A stretch of 63,896 bases of DNA, filler included, from Octopus bimaculoides (taxonomy: Eukaryota), in the NCBI RefSeq assembly GCF_001194135.2. It is 7 parts of 6 records of this genome, joined end to end, with 100 filler letters (N's around TTAATTAATTAA, not from the genome) between each part and the next. Parts side by side here need not be neighbours in the genome. Positions count along the whole stretch, not along the records: positions 26,916 to 37,640 come from NC_068984.1; positions 37,741 to 47,770 come from NC_068981.1; 5 more parts are not named here. One strand, 5' to 3'. A model generated the notes under the pieces. The model saw nothing but the letters and a program-made list of their open reading frames with translations, did no database searches and was not told the DNA's origin. Below are positions 28,095 through 41,938 of the stretch, in pieces. The translations under genes were made by a program, and so were the position numbers. The stretch's first letter is position 1; every line of letters begins with the position of its first letter.

Positions 28095-28780
28095 TGCATA
28101 CAGACATACCTATAATTATTGGGACCTTGGGATATGTAACACGCTGCCTAAATACTAATCTTGAAAAATTAGGCTTCTCAAAACCAGAAAGGAGAAAGCT
28201 AATTCGAAGAGTACAGATCCAATCCATGAATCTAGGTAAAAAAAAAAAGTCACAAGTAAAAAAGTCACAGGAAAAAAGTCACAGAAAAATAGTCTCAGGA
28301 GAAAGTTACAGGGGTTTTGTCCGGCTTGGTGGGGAGAGTTGTCCTAGAGGGTTTTGTCTGGATCCCATAGATTAATTGTGACTTTTTTTTCCTGAGACTT
28401 TATTACCGGCCACCATAAATTAATTGTAAGGTTTTTTTTCCTGTGACTTTTTTCCTAACCAAAACTGTGACTTTTTTTCCTGTGACTTTATTACCGGTCA
28501 CCCAATCGATCACTGGAACTGTAAAAATCTGTAAAACTTTCCATAAGTTTATCATTTAAATATATATGAGCATGTCTAGATATGCAATTATATGCATGAG
28601 AATATATACATAAAGCAAAACATACAAATCTGCTCATATACATACAAACAAAAATACCCTGTTGTTGATGTTGAAATTCCAGTGAAGAAGCCTTGGATCT
28701 AAGTTAGAAACAAGCTCTTTCTCTATTGGCAAGAAATCTTGAAATAAAACTGAACAATGACATACATAAGAATGTATGAC
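28095..28780 (+). mobile_element. REL-endonuclease LINE 3' end (second family) embedded in (CATA)n, split by a MITE
   Basis: IPIIIGTLGYVTRCLNTNLEKLGFSKPERRKLIRRVQIQS continues in frame as ITGTVKICKTFHKFII* once 28225-28507 is removed. The UTR ends gaacaatgacatacata. Confidence 0.7.
28225..28501. mobile_element. MITE-like DNA element with inverted subterminal repeats
   Basis: aaaaagtcacagg repeats on the left mirror cctgtgactttttt repeats on the right. Flanked by direct repeat CCAATC (28219-28224 and 28502-28507). Superfamily not assigned; a MULE-like ggggttttgtccgg core is present. Confidence 0.7.
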
Positions 28781-29526
28781 ATTATAAGAATCAGCCCTAA
28801 GCTGGTGAAAATTCTTTGCAAGAATCGGAATATCTTTCACCTAAATAGATCAACGGTTGGACGAATTCTTATAATCAGTCGAGTCATTAAAGCAGTAGAA
28901 GAATATAATAGCTATTCTACCTTTCATAGATTTCACAAAAGGTTGTTTGAAACCTTGCGTTGGATGTTCCGACAGCAATTGCACGCATAAAGCACGAAGG
29001 AACATTACGGGAACGCTCGAATGTTACACCAAAAGTCATGCACGCGGAAGTGTATGTAGTTCTAACACTATACTTTCTTGAGCCCTTTTCACAAACTTTA
29101 CACGAAATTACATTCTCTTTATAATCTCCGAATATTAACAGATTTAGCATCAGCTCTGTGATTTATATTTTACCACGAAAATTTTCCAGCGTTTTACGGT
29201 AGAGATTTCGATCATTAAAGAGTTTTTGCTTGAAATTTACGACATTTCAATTTGTACCTATTAGCTCGTATTTTGCTTTTACGTCAGTCGTGAACGCACA
29301 TAAACGAATCTGCTCCAGGCAAAGACCTTTGATGTTTATGTCACAGAAACATACTTATCAACACGATAATAAATACATGTATTCTATTTTGCTAATATAT
29401 ATGCTAATATATTAGCTTTGATTTATTCTCAGTTCATTCCGTTTACTTTATATATATATATGTCGTATATAATATGTGTGTGAGTGTGTGTGTATGTGTG
29501 TGCTTGCATGCGTGTGCGCTGTGTGC

Positions 29527-29566
<40 letters not shown>

Positions 29567-30106
29567 GAATGTGTGTATACATATATACGCAGATATCTAT
29601 ATATATTTATATATTTATATTTATATATATATATAGACATATATGAACATACATATATACACTCACACACACATATATATATATAGACGCATATATAAAC
29701 ATATATATATACATTCACACATATATATATATAGACGCATATATAAACATATATATATATACACTCACATATAAACATACATATACATATCTATATATAT
29801 ATATAAACATACATATTTATATGCGTGTGCGAGCGTGTGTGTGTNNNNNNNNNNNNNNNNNNNNNNNNNNNNNNNNNNNNNNNNNNNNNNNNNNNNNNNN
29901 NNNNNNNNNNNNNNNNNNNNNNNNNNNNNNNNNNNNNNNNNNNNNNNNNNNNNNNNNNNNNNNNNNNNNNNNNNNNNNNNNNNNNNNNNNNNNNNNNNNN
30001 NNNNNNNNNNNNNNNNNNNNNNNNNNNNNNNNNNNNNNNNNNNNNNNNNNNNNNNNNNNNNNNNNNNNNNNNNNNNNNNNNNNNNNNNNNNNNNNNNNNN
30101 NNNNNN

Positions 30107-30180
<74 letters not shown>

Positions 30181-30785
30181 CTTGTGTGTGTCACACTGTA
30201 TACACTATGTTAGTTCGGTGGATTGGCTGAATCGTTAGAACTTCGAAAAATGTGCTTACGCCGTCTGTTCAGTCTCTGCATGTACAGAGTTGAAACTCTG
30301 CGTAGATCAAGTCTGCTTTTTCAGTCGTTCAGAGATAAAATAAGTTATCAGTCAATGCAAGTATCGATAGTATCGATTAACTACCTACCCTCAAAGTTAC
30401 TGGTCTCGTACGTAAATCAGAGGGTAAGGAGCGAAAACCTCCTTAAACTCAATACTAGTTTTCATAGGCCGTAATGTGAAATAGCTGCTGGATGAAAATG
30501 AAGGAGAGAGTTGAAGATTTAGCTCTACGTAATACCAATAATATATTAAAGAAGCATAAGCATAATTTTATTAAAATAGGTATCTGTGTATCGTACTTAA
30601 AGTAAATACAGAGCAAGAAGACAAGGTTGTTACGAATTTCGCTCTGAGTTAATATTCTTTGTGGACATGGGACATTTAAGAAGACAGTATGTATCGAGGG
30701 CAGCCGATAATTGTCTCAGCAGTGGCTGGTGAGAATGTTAGATGGCTTTTCGCTTCGTTGGGTATTGTTAATAGCATGTACTCAC

Positions 30786-30896
30786 AGCCAACCGCGTGTA
30801 AATGTGAAATCTGTTGCTACCGATATGGGGAAAACAGTGAATAGAATCACTGGGGTTGCAAACATCCACCCGGTTAAATGAAAGACTTGTTATATG
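30786..30896 (-). other. Candidate 111-nt exon
   Basis: Acceptor ttttaatctcatactgcttctgtag and donor gtgagt. Open in phase 0 (HITSLSFNRVDVCNPSDSIHCFPHIGSNRFHIYTRLA); another frame gives MFATPVILFTVFPISVATDFTFTRGW. Confidence 0.3.
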
Positions 30897-31689
30897 CTAC
30901 AGAAGCAGTATGAGATTAAAATAGCTATGCGTGTACTATTCTTAATGTAAATACATCGCAGGAAGGCAAATTTGCTACGATATTCGTCCTGAAATAATAC
31001 ATTTTATGGGCGTGATTCAGTTATTTTAATCTAACAACACTTTTGTAACATTAATGGATCTTTATAATATTATTATTAATCCAACTTTTAAGTTTATACT
31101 TTCCATGAAAAGTGAACCAAGTACAGCTAGTAAAAAATCTCTTAGACAAGCTAATCCTTTAAACTAAACAAACAATCACTTTACCATTATAAAAAACAGC
31201 GTTTCTGTTATTAATTGGCTTTATGGCATTAGAGATAAACGTATTTATAAATTCACTCTGTTTGATATAATCGAATTTTACCTTTGATAACTAAAGTTTT
31301 CATTTGATAAAAAGGAAAAAACGTGCTCTAGTTTTCTACATGTGAAGCAACCTCTCCGATATTAAAAATTTATGTACGTAAAATGATCATTAATTTCTTT
31401 TGATACCCTCAATAGGTAAATAGGTACATATATATAAAAAAAATCCTTTTATTCTTTTGATGTGTGGTGGTAGGTATTGATATGCGTGAGTTTATAGGTT
31501 TTTATCATTTATATTTGCTAAATAATGAATTCATTTACTGTGTGATTTATATGGAGATGACGGATGATTATGAATGTTTCATAGTTGAATATTTTCCGAA
31601 AAAAAAAAATACTGAATTATTTAAAGCTTTAGACCTAAAAATTACAATTTATTCTAACTTCATCATTTAAGAAATTTCCTTTAATTTCG

Positions 31690-31922
31690 ATTGTTGTTGT
31701 TGGCACTCTGTCGCTTACGACGTCGAGGGTTCCAGTTGATCCGATCAACGGAACAGCCTGCTCGTGAAATTAACGTGCAAGTGGCTGAGCACTCCAAAGA
31801 CACGTGTACCCTTAACGTAGTTCTCGGGGATATTCAGCGTGACACAGTTTGACAAGTCTGACCCCTTGAATTACAGGCACAACAGAAACAGGAAGTAAGA
31901 GTGAGAGAAAGTTGTACAGCAG
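31690..31922 (-). mobile_element. SINE family D1 3' half (cut by gap), CpGs intact
   Basis: Near-identical to 33470-33710. Confidence 0.8.
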
Positions 31923-32134
31923 NNNNNNNNNNNNNNNNNNNNNNNNNNNNNNNNNNNNNNNNNNNNNNNNNNNNNNNNNNNNNNNNNNNNNNNNNNNNNN
32001 NNNNNNNNNNNNNNNNNNNNNNNNNNNNNNNNNNNNNNNNNNNNNNNNNNNNNNNNNNNNNNNNNNNNNNNNNNNNNNNNNNNNNNNNNNNNNTATATAT
32101 ATATATAGTTTATGTATATATGTATACATATACA

Positions 32135-32197
<63 letters not shown>

Positions 32198-32263
32198 TTT
32201 CAACTATGTGCTTACACGTGTCCACACCACACACACACACACACTCACACACACATGTATGAA

Positions 32264-32336
<73 letters not shown>

Positions 32337-32779
32337 GTGCGTGTGTGTGTGTGTGAATGTGCGCCTGAGTCAGTTTCTATGTTTATGAATTACAGATATT
32401 ATCTTACTTTCATTATCGTCAACGACTTAAACTCAAGACAGAAAATGTAATAAATGACCATCAATTACATCAACTATAAATTGAGCGAACATTTTACTTT
32501 ATCTTCTTTCATTTATGTTCTGTATGTGAGTGATATGTAACCAACAAAGGTTACATCCGTCGCACACTGGAATTTACCAGAATTGCTAAAAGCAACAAAA
32601 GAACAGAAAAAAAAGACTGTCAAGAAAATAGACCTTGCTTATATCACATTAACGGCAGATATAAAAGATCTTCCTACTAATGGTTTGGTGTAGGTTAGTA
32701 TTTCTCAAAGCTCGATCTGGAGGAAGGGATTATATATAGTTTCCACAGATCCATTCTTTTGGGACCTGTGAGGTCGATA

Positions 32780-33140
32780 GGAAAATTATATTTTTTAACA
32801 GCTGCAAGTTAATGATTGTAGGAAAACCATGGGCAAAATGGAAATTCCAGAGATGACATACTGAGATGAAAAGTTGAGTGTAATGGATAGTTTGTGTGGA
32901 GAGGTGAACACACAATCGTTGATGAGAAGAGAAGAGCAGAGTATGTCAGGTGAGCGTGGATGTAGGCGTCACGAGGCCAGTAAGTTATCAGGAGCAGAGG
33001 TCATAGAATTATACGGCAGAAAAGGGAGAGAGAGAAGAAGCAATATGACTTGAACAGAATTTAAAGTGTCTTGACGAGCAGCTCCATATGTGTATACAGC
33101 ATTTCATGTTCGCTTCTTGTTGCCAGCAGTCACTTGATGA
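32780..33140 (-). mobile_element. CR1/L2-like LINE 3' remnant
   Basis: MKCCIHIWS resembles MEYCSHIWG; CVHLSTQTIHYTQLFISVCHLWNFHFAHGFPTIINLQLLKN resembles the CR1 C-terminal ..SF.PRT..LWNSLP..VFP...NLQ.FK motif. Confidence 0.55.
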
Positions 33141-33469
33141 TTGTTGGGGTTCACCTGTGGCTCATGAGGTTCCTTTCCAAATGAAGCTCCTCCAGAAGAA
33201 GCTTTGTTTTCTTCATTGCATGTTTAACCAAATATTTGAAGGTCGATGAATTTTCTTGGGAAAGACACAGCAGTGGCTTCTTGTTTCCTTCTGCTGATAT
33301 ATAGTATTTACAGCTACTTGCTCTCCCGAGTATAACGTGAGGCTTTAAGATCTAGTTACCATTTTGGCAGGTGTGTGTTTGTGGTGAGGGTCCTGATTCA
33401 TAGCAACATAAGGAGGTAGTGGCAGTCTAAGTTCAGTGGATATCGTATGAGAAAGACAATGCTTTGACA

Positions 33470-33856
33470 TTGTTATTGTTGGCACTCCGTCGCTTACGAC
33501 GTCGAGGGTTCCAGTTGATATGATCAACAGAACAGCCTGCTCGTGAAATTAACGTGCAAGTGGCTGAGCACTCCACAGACACGCGTACCCATAACATAAT
33601 TCACGGGGATATTCAGCGTGACACAGTGTGACAAGGCTGACCCTTTGAATTACAGGCACAACAGAAACAGGAAGTAAGAGTGAGAGAAAGTTGTGGTGGA
33701 AGAGTACAGCAGGGTTTGCCACCATCCCCTACCGGAGCCTCGTAGAGCTTTAGTTGTTTTCGCTCAATAAACACACACAACGCCCGGTCTGGGAATCGAA
33801 ACCGCGATCCTATGACCGCGAGTCCGCTGCCCTAACCACTGGGCCATTGCGCCTCC
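33470..33856 (-). mobile_element. Full-length tRNA-derived SINE (family D1; possibly the described octopus OR type)
   Basis: Head GGAGGCGCAATGGCCCAGTGGTTAGGGCAGCGG...GGTTTCGATTCCC has A/B-box-like motifs but no acceptor stem; ends in a caacaa tail. Confidence 0.8.
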
Positions 33857-34114
33857 ACGCTTTGACATACTTAGACAATTAAAAGCAAGTCGGGTCATGA
33901 TATACACAGAGAAGGTACTCGGTGGCCTTATCAACTGGTTACAAAAACGCTGATCCATTACTTGTTAAGTGATGTGAGTCTGACATAAAGGGATATAGAT
34001 CTTTGATCATCATTTAGATTTATACATATTCAATTATAAAGTCTTAGATATATAAAAATACGGATTGATCAATGATGGAACGGCAACAACAAAAGCTACA
34101 ACATCCACCCAGTT

Positions 34115-34455
34115 CCACCCAATGCAACTGTTCAAGGAGCACTCCGTCGGTTACGACGACGAGGGTGTCCTACTTGATACGATCAGCGGAACAGCTTGCT
34201 CGTGAAATTAACGTGCAAGTGGCTGAGCACTCTACAGATACGTGTACTCTTAACGTAGTTCTTAGGGAGATTCAGCGTGACACAGAGTATGACAAAGCAG
34301 GCCCTTTGAAATACAGGTACTACTCATTTTTGCCAGCTGAGTGGACTGGAGCAACGTGAAATAAAGTGTCTTGCTCAAGGACACAACGCGTCGCCGGGAA
34401 TTGAACTCACGAACGTGAGCCGAATGCCCTAACCACTAAGCCACGCGCCTTCACT
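34115..34455 (-). mobile_element. tRNA-derived SINE family D2 (different head and middle, same 3' tail as D1)
   Basis: Head GGCGCGTGGCTTAGTGGTTAGGGCATTCGG, central GTGTCCTTGAGCAAGACACTTTATTTCACGTTGCTCCAGTCCACTCAGCTG, tail shared with 33470-33650. Confidence 0.8.
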
Positions 34456-35176
34456 GCAACTGTTCTTTTGTTTTTTGTTTTGTTTTTTTGTTTTGTTTTG
34501 TTTTTTTTTTGTCTTCTACTATGTCTCACTCCGTGATCGGCAGTAAATCTTTTCCTTAAATATTCTTCCCTAGAATTTTGTGTCCTTTCCCTTTCCAAAT
34601 ACGATAGGGAGAGATATGAGAGCTATTAGCCGCTTTTCATTGCGGGCTCAACGGCAATATAGATGTTCTCTCGCTGGTAAAGGCAGCACGTAACATGGTA
34701 CGACAAATAAGAAGGAGCTACCGTCGAAACTGTAGAAGACAAAAACAAAGAAATAGACTGTATGCGTGCTAGAAATTGCAGTCTGTTGGTGAAAGAATCT
34801 TCGTCAACCAGGCAAATGGCCTCGTTTTCAATGTGGGTCTAAGCTATGTCTTTCTACTCTCAACGTTTGTTTACCCACCCACTCCCTCTTGAGTCATCAA
34901 ATTTTAAAAGTTCAGTCAGAACATCAATTGCATTGATTTCACCAGTTTAAGACGATTTCAAAAATTATCATGGCTGCTACCCCTCATCCTTTTCTGAATC
35001 ATTAGGAAAAATAGAAAAACTGTGGATCGTTTTTTTGTCAGCAATACTAAACGGTTATTGCATAAACCTAATATTAGAAATCCTTATTTGCAGAATCAGT
35101 ACAGGTTCGGATAGAATTTGTGGCAACATTTAATTTCTGTATATATATGTGTGTATGTGTGTGTGTGTGTCTGTGT

Positions 35177-35220
<44 letters not shown>

Positions 35221-36259
35221 ATATAGACGTAAATACACCAACATCGGTGTCAAGCGATAGTGAGTGGACAAACACAGACACAAAACACATACAAATACAC
35301 AAACATACACACACACATATACCTTATGCCCTGAATTCAGATCCTACGGAGTTTAACTTTATCTTTCATCTATCAATCACCATCATAATCATAGTATTTT
35401 GTGTCCTTACATTGTTCCTACTCAATAAAGACAAGCTTTTTGGGTTCAGTAGCCATTTTGTCTTAATCAGTCCATCTATAATGGTGGTTCAAGCGAGATA
35501 TTGATGTCAAAACACAGAACTGAAATAGATATTACAAGACAAATCGGCCAACGTTCTAACCCAGCCTCACTTTGGACTGGGACTTTATTTTATCGACCCC
35601 TAAAAGATAAAAAGCAAAGTTAACCCCGGCGGGATTTGAATTCAGAGCACAGGAAGCCAGAATAAATTTGTCGCATTAACATACAGGGATTGGCAAAAGT
35701 AGATCTTCAGTTGCTTAATACAAAAGGAATGTTCTTTTTATTTCTCTATTTCTTTTTTAAGATAAGAATTCCACTCATCATACTTTTACCCACCCTTGTA
35801 TTTTAACCAGGATCGATCAGATAAAGTCTCAATCAATTATTGGGTCGATTTAATCGACTGAACAACTCCACTTCTGCCACCACCACCACCACCAATATGT
35901 GACCTTGTACCCTATGTACGAAAATATCATTATTGATATTGTTGTTCTCGTTTATGTTTTACCGTCCAATGACGAGTGACGTTTCTGGAAGCAACCGTCG
36001 TTTGACATTTTACAATACGTTGTTTCTCTAAAGGTGGACGTGTTTCTTGACCTTTATTACTTTATTATGATATGAAGTTAGTCAAGGGGATGAGATACAT
36101 ACACATATGTGTGTGTATGTATGTATGTATGTATGTATGCATGTATGTATGTATGTATATATGTATGCATGTATGTATGTATGTACGTATGTGTGTATGT
36201 GTGTGTATGTTTATATGTGTGTGAGCGTGTGTGTGTTTGTGTGCACTTATGTTTGCATG

Positions 36260-36298
<39 letters not shown>

Positions 36299-36461
36299 NN
36301 NNNNNNNNNNNNNNNNNNNNNNNNNNNNNNNNNNNNNNNNNNNNNNNNNNNNNNNNNNNNNNNNNNNNNNNNNNNNNNNNNNNNNNNNNNNNNNNNNNNN
36401 NNNNNNNNNNNNNNNNNNNNNNNNNNNNNNNNNNNNNNNNNNNNNNNNNNNNNNNNNNNNN

Positions 36462-36511
<50 letters not shown>

Positions 36512-36526
36512 TGGGTGTGTATAGAG

Positions 36527-36578
<52 letters not shown>

Positions 36579-37184
36579 CTTTGTTTAGGAGAAGAACCCA
36601 TTTTTTTTCCTCTGCAAGTTAGTGTAGCAGGACAAACACAAATATTATATACTATGTTTTATATATCATACATCATATACACTAATGTCCAATGTACCAA
36701 AGTGTTTCACCTCAATTCGATGTTTACCACGAGAAATAAACCCATAGATGAAATCATGAATGAATTAATTGCTAGACTTGAGATATATATATTGACCATT
36801 ATAAGTAACAGTTTGAAACAAGAAAGAGAGAATCAGTCACATGGCATTCAATGTTGCAAATTACGGCAGACATATTTCTTTAGATGGTTACGATGGTGGT
36901 GATGTTGAAAGGTGATTCCCATAACAACGGCAGCCAATTTCCTACAGAGGAGCGGAGAGAAAGTAGAAATCTCTTTTGTATCGAAAACTATTGCATATAT
37001 AAAAGGAATAAATCCGACGTGAATAACAATACTGACATGAACAAAACAAGAACAACTAAATATATAAATGTTGATCTAAATGTAAGACATATGTGAAAAT
37101 GAAAGCAATAACAACAACAATATGGATCTCGTTCACAATGATAAAACTCTGAATAATTTCTATGAGTAATTTATTCTATAAAAA

Positions 37185-37310
37185 GTGATGTCAGATTCAT
37201 TTTTATCATAACTGTCGATGAATCTCATGGGCAATCATTGTCGGAGAGAAACTGGTAAATCCTACTTTATCACATGGTCGGCTTTACGTTGATACTTCAA
37301 GAGTTAAGAA
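37185..37310 (+). mobile_element. Helitron PIF1-type helicase remnant (motifs V-VI)
   Basis: FIITVDESHGQSL resembles FAMTINKSQGQSL; after a shift PTLSHGRLYVDTSRVK resembles PVFSHGQLYVALSRV. Confidence 0.65.
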
Positions 37311-37597
37311 CCAACTGCCACTTCATCGTAGCACGGCGCAGTGAAAGCCAAAGATATTGACTATCCACAGTGATCAAGAACATTTCGCTGTAATTTCTAC
37401 TTCAATGACAATATAAAAGAGATACTAATTCTTTGCGAATATTGTTTGTAATGCTTACTGAAATATCAATATTATTATGTAGTGACATTTTCCAGTAAAG
37501 CATCCGCATATCGCTGATACCTGAGTTACTATAAACATACATACATACATACATACATACACATACGCATGCATGCGTACATACATACATACATATG

Positions 37598-37640
<43 letters not shown>

Positions 37641-37740
37641 NNNNNNNNNNNNNNNNNNNNNNNNNNNNNNNNNNNNNNNNNNNNTTAATTAATTAANNNN
37701 NNNNNNNNNNNNNNNNNNNNNNNNNNNNNNNNNNNNNNNN

Positions 37741-37792
<52 letters not shown>

Positions 37793-38099
37793 TTTTATGC
37801 ATACACTTTGAAGATAAATTACACATCATATTTAGTTGTAGCTTTTAAATTATTCTTTAGATTCTGATGACTCACAGAATGTAGACACGGGTCACTAAGC
37901 TGATTGACTTTTAGTCCTTTGTTGACGTTAAGTTCGGCTGCTGGGATGTTAAGGTTGGGGAGATTTCTGTGGAGACAGCCAATCAACCTTTCTGTTGTAT
38001 AGGATAAAATGATGGTAGAGCCACAGATAATCAGATCCTTATTGTTCAGCTTCTTAGACTTTGCTTTGTGCCTGTGTGGTGTTGCAAGGGATCTATAAC

Positions 38100-38890
38100 C
38101 AACGATATGTTAGAATAGATTTGATGTATACAAAGGCACCTCTATGAGTAACTACTGTTGGATTTTGACAATTGGAAAGGGCCAACGACAAACGGATAGG
38201 GTCATATTCAAATGGCTTTGATTATAGTTGGATATTTGATATACGATATTGTTTGAGCATCTGTATTAAGCATCTTAACATTGCTCTCATTGAATAGCTT
38301 ATAATGTTTGTGTTGAAGTAAAGTATTTACTCTACAGTGACAGGAAATTGTGAGATATTGGATTCTACACTTGTATTACAGGGACTTAATCTATTATTCT
38401 CCAATGATAATAATGTTAAGGTTAGTTTTACTTGATTAAATGACATCATAATGAAGGTTATACTCACAAAAACACCCAGGTCAAATACTAGAATGCAGCT
38501 TCAGAAACACCACGTCCTGTTAATTTAACTGCAAGTAGCTCGCAAATATGATTAGGTTTAGAGTAAAAGATAGTAACTACAAATTTAACCGAGAGCAGCT
38601 ACAATGTCTTCACGAAAAATACGTTTTAAATTAGGAACTGATTTCTTTAAAACTTGATATGGAAACAACGCCACATCCCTCTCCCAATACATCTGGAAAC
38701 TGAAAGAGAGCAGAATTACGAACACCTTCAATAAGCTAAAGTATTGAAACATCGACCTCGTATTTAAATGCATCGAGTGATTTACAGAGAAGTATAACAT
38801 GTTGACTCAGCATTTTCGTCCGTTAAATTTGAAATTTGAAATACTATCTGCTGGAAGACACGAACAAATTCCTCCTTACCACTTTAAACC
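38100..38890 (+). mobile_element. Penelope-like element remnant including GIY-YIG endonuclease region
   Basis: GTDFFKT*YGNNATSLSQYIWKLKESRI resembles ..FKTRY.NH...T.LSKYIW.LK; terminal LSAGRHEQ/TNSSL resembles the LISKCRH.NKFLL end; faint RT motif near 38200. Confidence 0.6.
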
Positions 38891-39077
38891 TCATAACAAT
38901 CCCCAGCATTAACTTCGCCCAGTTCAACCAATATTGTTCTCTCGTGGGCCTTGCCAGCTAACACGAGCGTAAAATCCAATAAATCTCCCAGTTCCTTGTC
39001 ACTATAAATTTAACATTTTAATTTAAACGCACGCACACACACACATATATGTGCAAGTATGTATGCATATATACACA

Positions 39078-39134
<57 letters not shown>

Positions 39135-39145
39135 GCATACACGTG

Positions 39146-39182
<37 letters not shown>

Positions 39183-41209
39183 CATATATACATACATGTT
39201 ATCCATATATATATACATACATGTTTTATATATGCATACATACATACATACATATGTTATATAACTTTCGATTTAATACATGCTTGCTTTCCCCTTGAGA
39301 AAGAAATTTACAAAGAAAATGCTTAAGCTTCTTTGTTTTTACGATAACTATAACACCCTCCAAATCTCAGAAGCTAGATTTTGAATCTCTTCGTCTCAAT
39401 TGCTTATCTCTATCCATGCTTCTAAAATGCTCTCTAGTTGAAACTGCATCACACTGTCCTGTTTTGAAAATCCCACACGTTGTTAACAGATTTCTTGAAT
39501 GTCGATGATCGCATTGTAGCTTTAGAATAGTTTAGAACAGAAGATTTATACATCACTTATGTATTTGTTCATCTCTTCTGCATTTTATCTTTGGTTTTTG
39601 TATTACGATCTCTCACAGTTCGAAATTTCTTATCTGATATATTATCGATTTCTCTCTTGACCGACTCCATTTAAAATTCAGGCTAACATTTCATTAAATA
39701 TTACTGTGGAGGAACAGTTTCAGGATGAAAATAGATATATTTAGAAGTGTTCATCTTGATATAAGTAATTGAACATAAGTTTTTATAGAGAAATTTCAAC
39801 TGTTCTTATTTTGAAATCACTAATTAAATGCTTCTTTTCAAAAAGGGGTTAAAGCTTAAGAAATTGATCTGTGTGTCAGAGGGAAGAGGAGAGAAAGAGG
39901 GGCATGTGGAGAGTTTGTGTGTGTGCAGGCGTGATTGTATGTGTACATTTATGTATATGTATGTCTTTAAATGCATTCATGAGTATGTTTATTATATGTT
40001 TGCGTAAGTGTTTGCGTCTCTGTTTACTTATGTATGGGAGCACTGTAGCATATGTAAATTTTTCGCCGATAAAATAAGATTTTAGTATTAGATGTTTATA
40101 TTTCAGGTAGGCAAGATTTATGTTTGCGTAACATTCCTTTAATCTTAGTTGATCAATTACGTTTTAGCAATATAATCTCCACTCGTTTGCACATTTCATT
40201 TATAATTAAAAAGACAACGTAATATCATTGGATGGTGTTGATAAGAGATTCCTTTTCATGATAGTAAGGATTGGATTAATCAGTGGAACACTTGGATGAA
40301 ATTTCCAGACACACATGGAATGTTGTTCATAGCTGAGTTCTACTAAAGAAACTGATTGGCGATGTTATTCTTTGAAATATAACAGACAAGCAGAAACTTC
40401 ATAGGAGTGAATCTATGTTTAGTTGCTTTTATATTTACCCCCATCCAATGTATTGGTGTTCACATTAAATCATTGGAGTGTAGGTAGTGCGCAGGTGTTG
40501 CTGTTGATCAAAAATATTCCACTTGTAACAATCTTGGTTCAATTTCAAATATAGAGAACTTTCGACAACGCTTCGCAACGTGTTCTACATTTTAAGACAA
40601 TAGGTTATGATCTGAGGGGAATTTTGTTGCTATTTTCAGCAGATTGAGTGACTACATAGAAGTATCATCATCGGCTCAGTTAAATTCACAATTTTATGGC
40701 TGATGCGAACATCTATACAGCCTGATACATAAAATATTTCAATTCTCTGTAGGATATTTAATTCCCGCTTTTTGGGTTTTGATACAAATATATATAGAGT
40801 AATGTTTTGGCACGGGATTTCTCGGAGGACTACTGACTTTGGGATCAATAAGTCTTTGATTCCTTAGCTTTGGGAATATGCTGAAATCAGATATTTTAAT
40901 TGTTAATGATGTTCCTCAGTTGTATAGCACTATCTATGTTAGTTACATCCATAAATCGTAACCTCATCTCTCAAATTCAATTAATTGTCAAAACAATAAT
41001 TTCTGCTGCCTTAAATTACTTTTAAGCTGATAATTCAACTGGACAAATTGTCAGTTCCCTTTTGCATTCTTTATAAGTTGGAGTAATTAGTAAGTATCAA
41101 TTTAAATTGGAATAATTAGTAAGTATCAGTTTAAATTTAATCAACACCACGTCTCGTACAGCTGTATGAAACATGTTGATTAAATTGCTACTTAATAATT
41201 CACTTCTTT

Positions 41210-41435
41210 GTTTTATTGTTTGAAAACTGAGGGCGGCGGAGTGGCAGGAAGAAGAAAGCATCCGAATCTAACAGCGCTTAGTTTCATCGTTCTACGTTCT
41301 GATTCGAAATGCCGTCGAAACAAATTTCACATTCCATCCATCTGTTATCGACAAAGGAAGTTGCAAGCATGTAACTATGATCGATTTAATTGGCTCTAGC
41401 CCTCCTACAAATGTCTGGCTTTGTGCCAATGTCAG
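41210..41435 (+). mobile_element. SINE family C, old diverged copy that still retains CpGs
   Basis: gggcggcggagtggcag..tctacgttctgattcgaaatgccgtcga..atcgacaaag aligns loosely with 46446-46620. Confidence 0.5.
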
Positions 41436-41851
41436 ACATCGTTATATCAAAGACGTAAAAAGTATTTTTTCTTTTCATCCAAGGCAAGTGCATTGAACTT
41501 CGTGCACAAAAGAAATTTTATTGAAACTCTACATATACAAAATATTTGAAAGAATAGATGTTTGAGGGGTTGGAGAGCATAATAAGCTATTGATTTACTG
41601 GTCTTCCAAATGCATTTTCATTAATTTTATAATGCTATTTGTTGCATTAATTAACATGTTTGACCAATGAAATTACAGATTTTTAGTTAGGGTGCGTGGG
41701 GGTTAATTATTATTTCTCCTCAACTGAAACGAGATTGAGCCAAAGTAAATTGTTTGCTCGAAGAACGAGGATATGGTTGAACGCATTCTTTAGCTACTAC
41801 TCCCACTCGAAGACAGCTAATTCAGAAACATTGTACTCTCTCTTTCTCTTT

Positions 41852-41938
<87 letters not shown>

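Noticed and set aside
33780-33856. tRNA-like sequences here and at ~34390-34455, ~45250 and ~57412
   Set aside because: SINE heads or remnants lacking acceptor-stem pairing; not tRNA genes.
34620-34775. Arg-rich frame ..MVRQIRRSYRRNCRRQKQRNRLYAC*
   Set aside because: Very short, no splice or promoter support, and unlike Arg-cluster protamines.
40640-40890. Mariner-like DFSIFPKL on the minus strand
   Set aside because: A single short motif with no flanking transposase similarity or TIRs.
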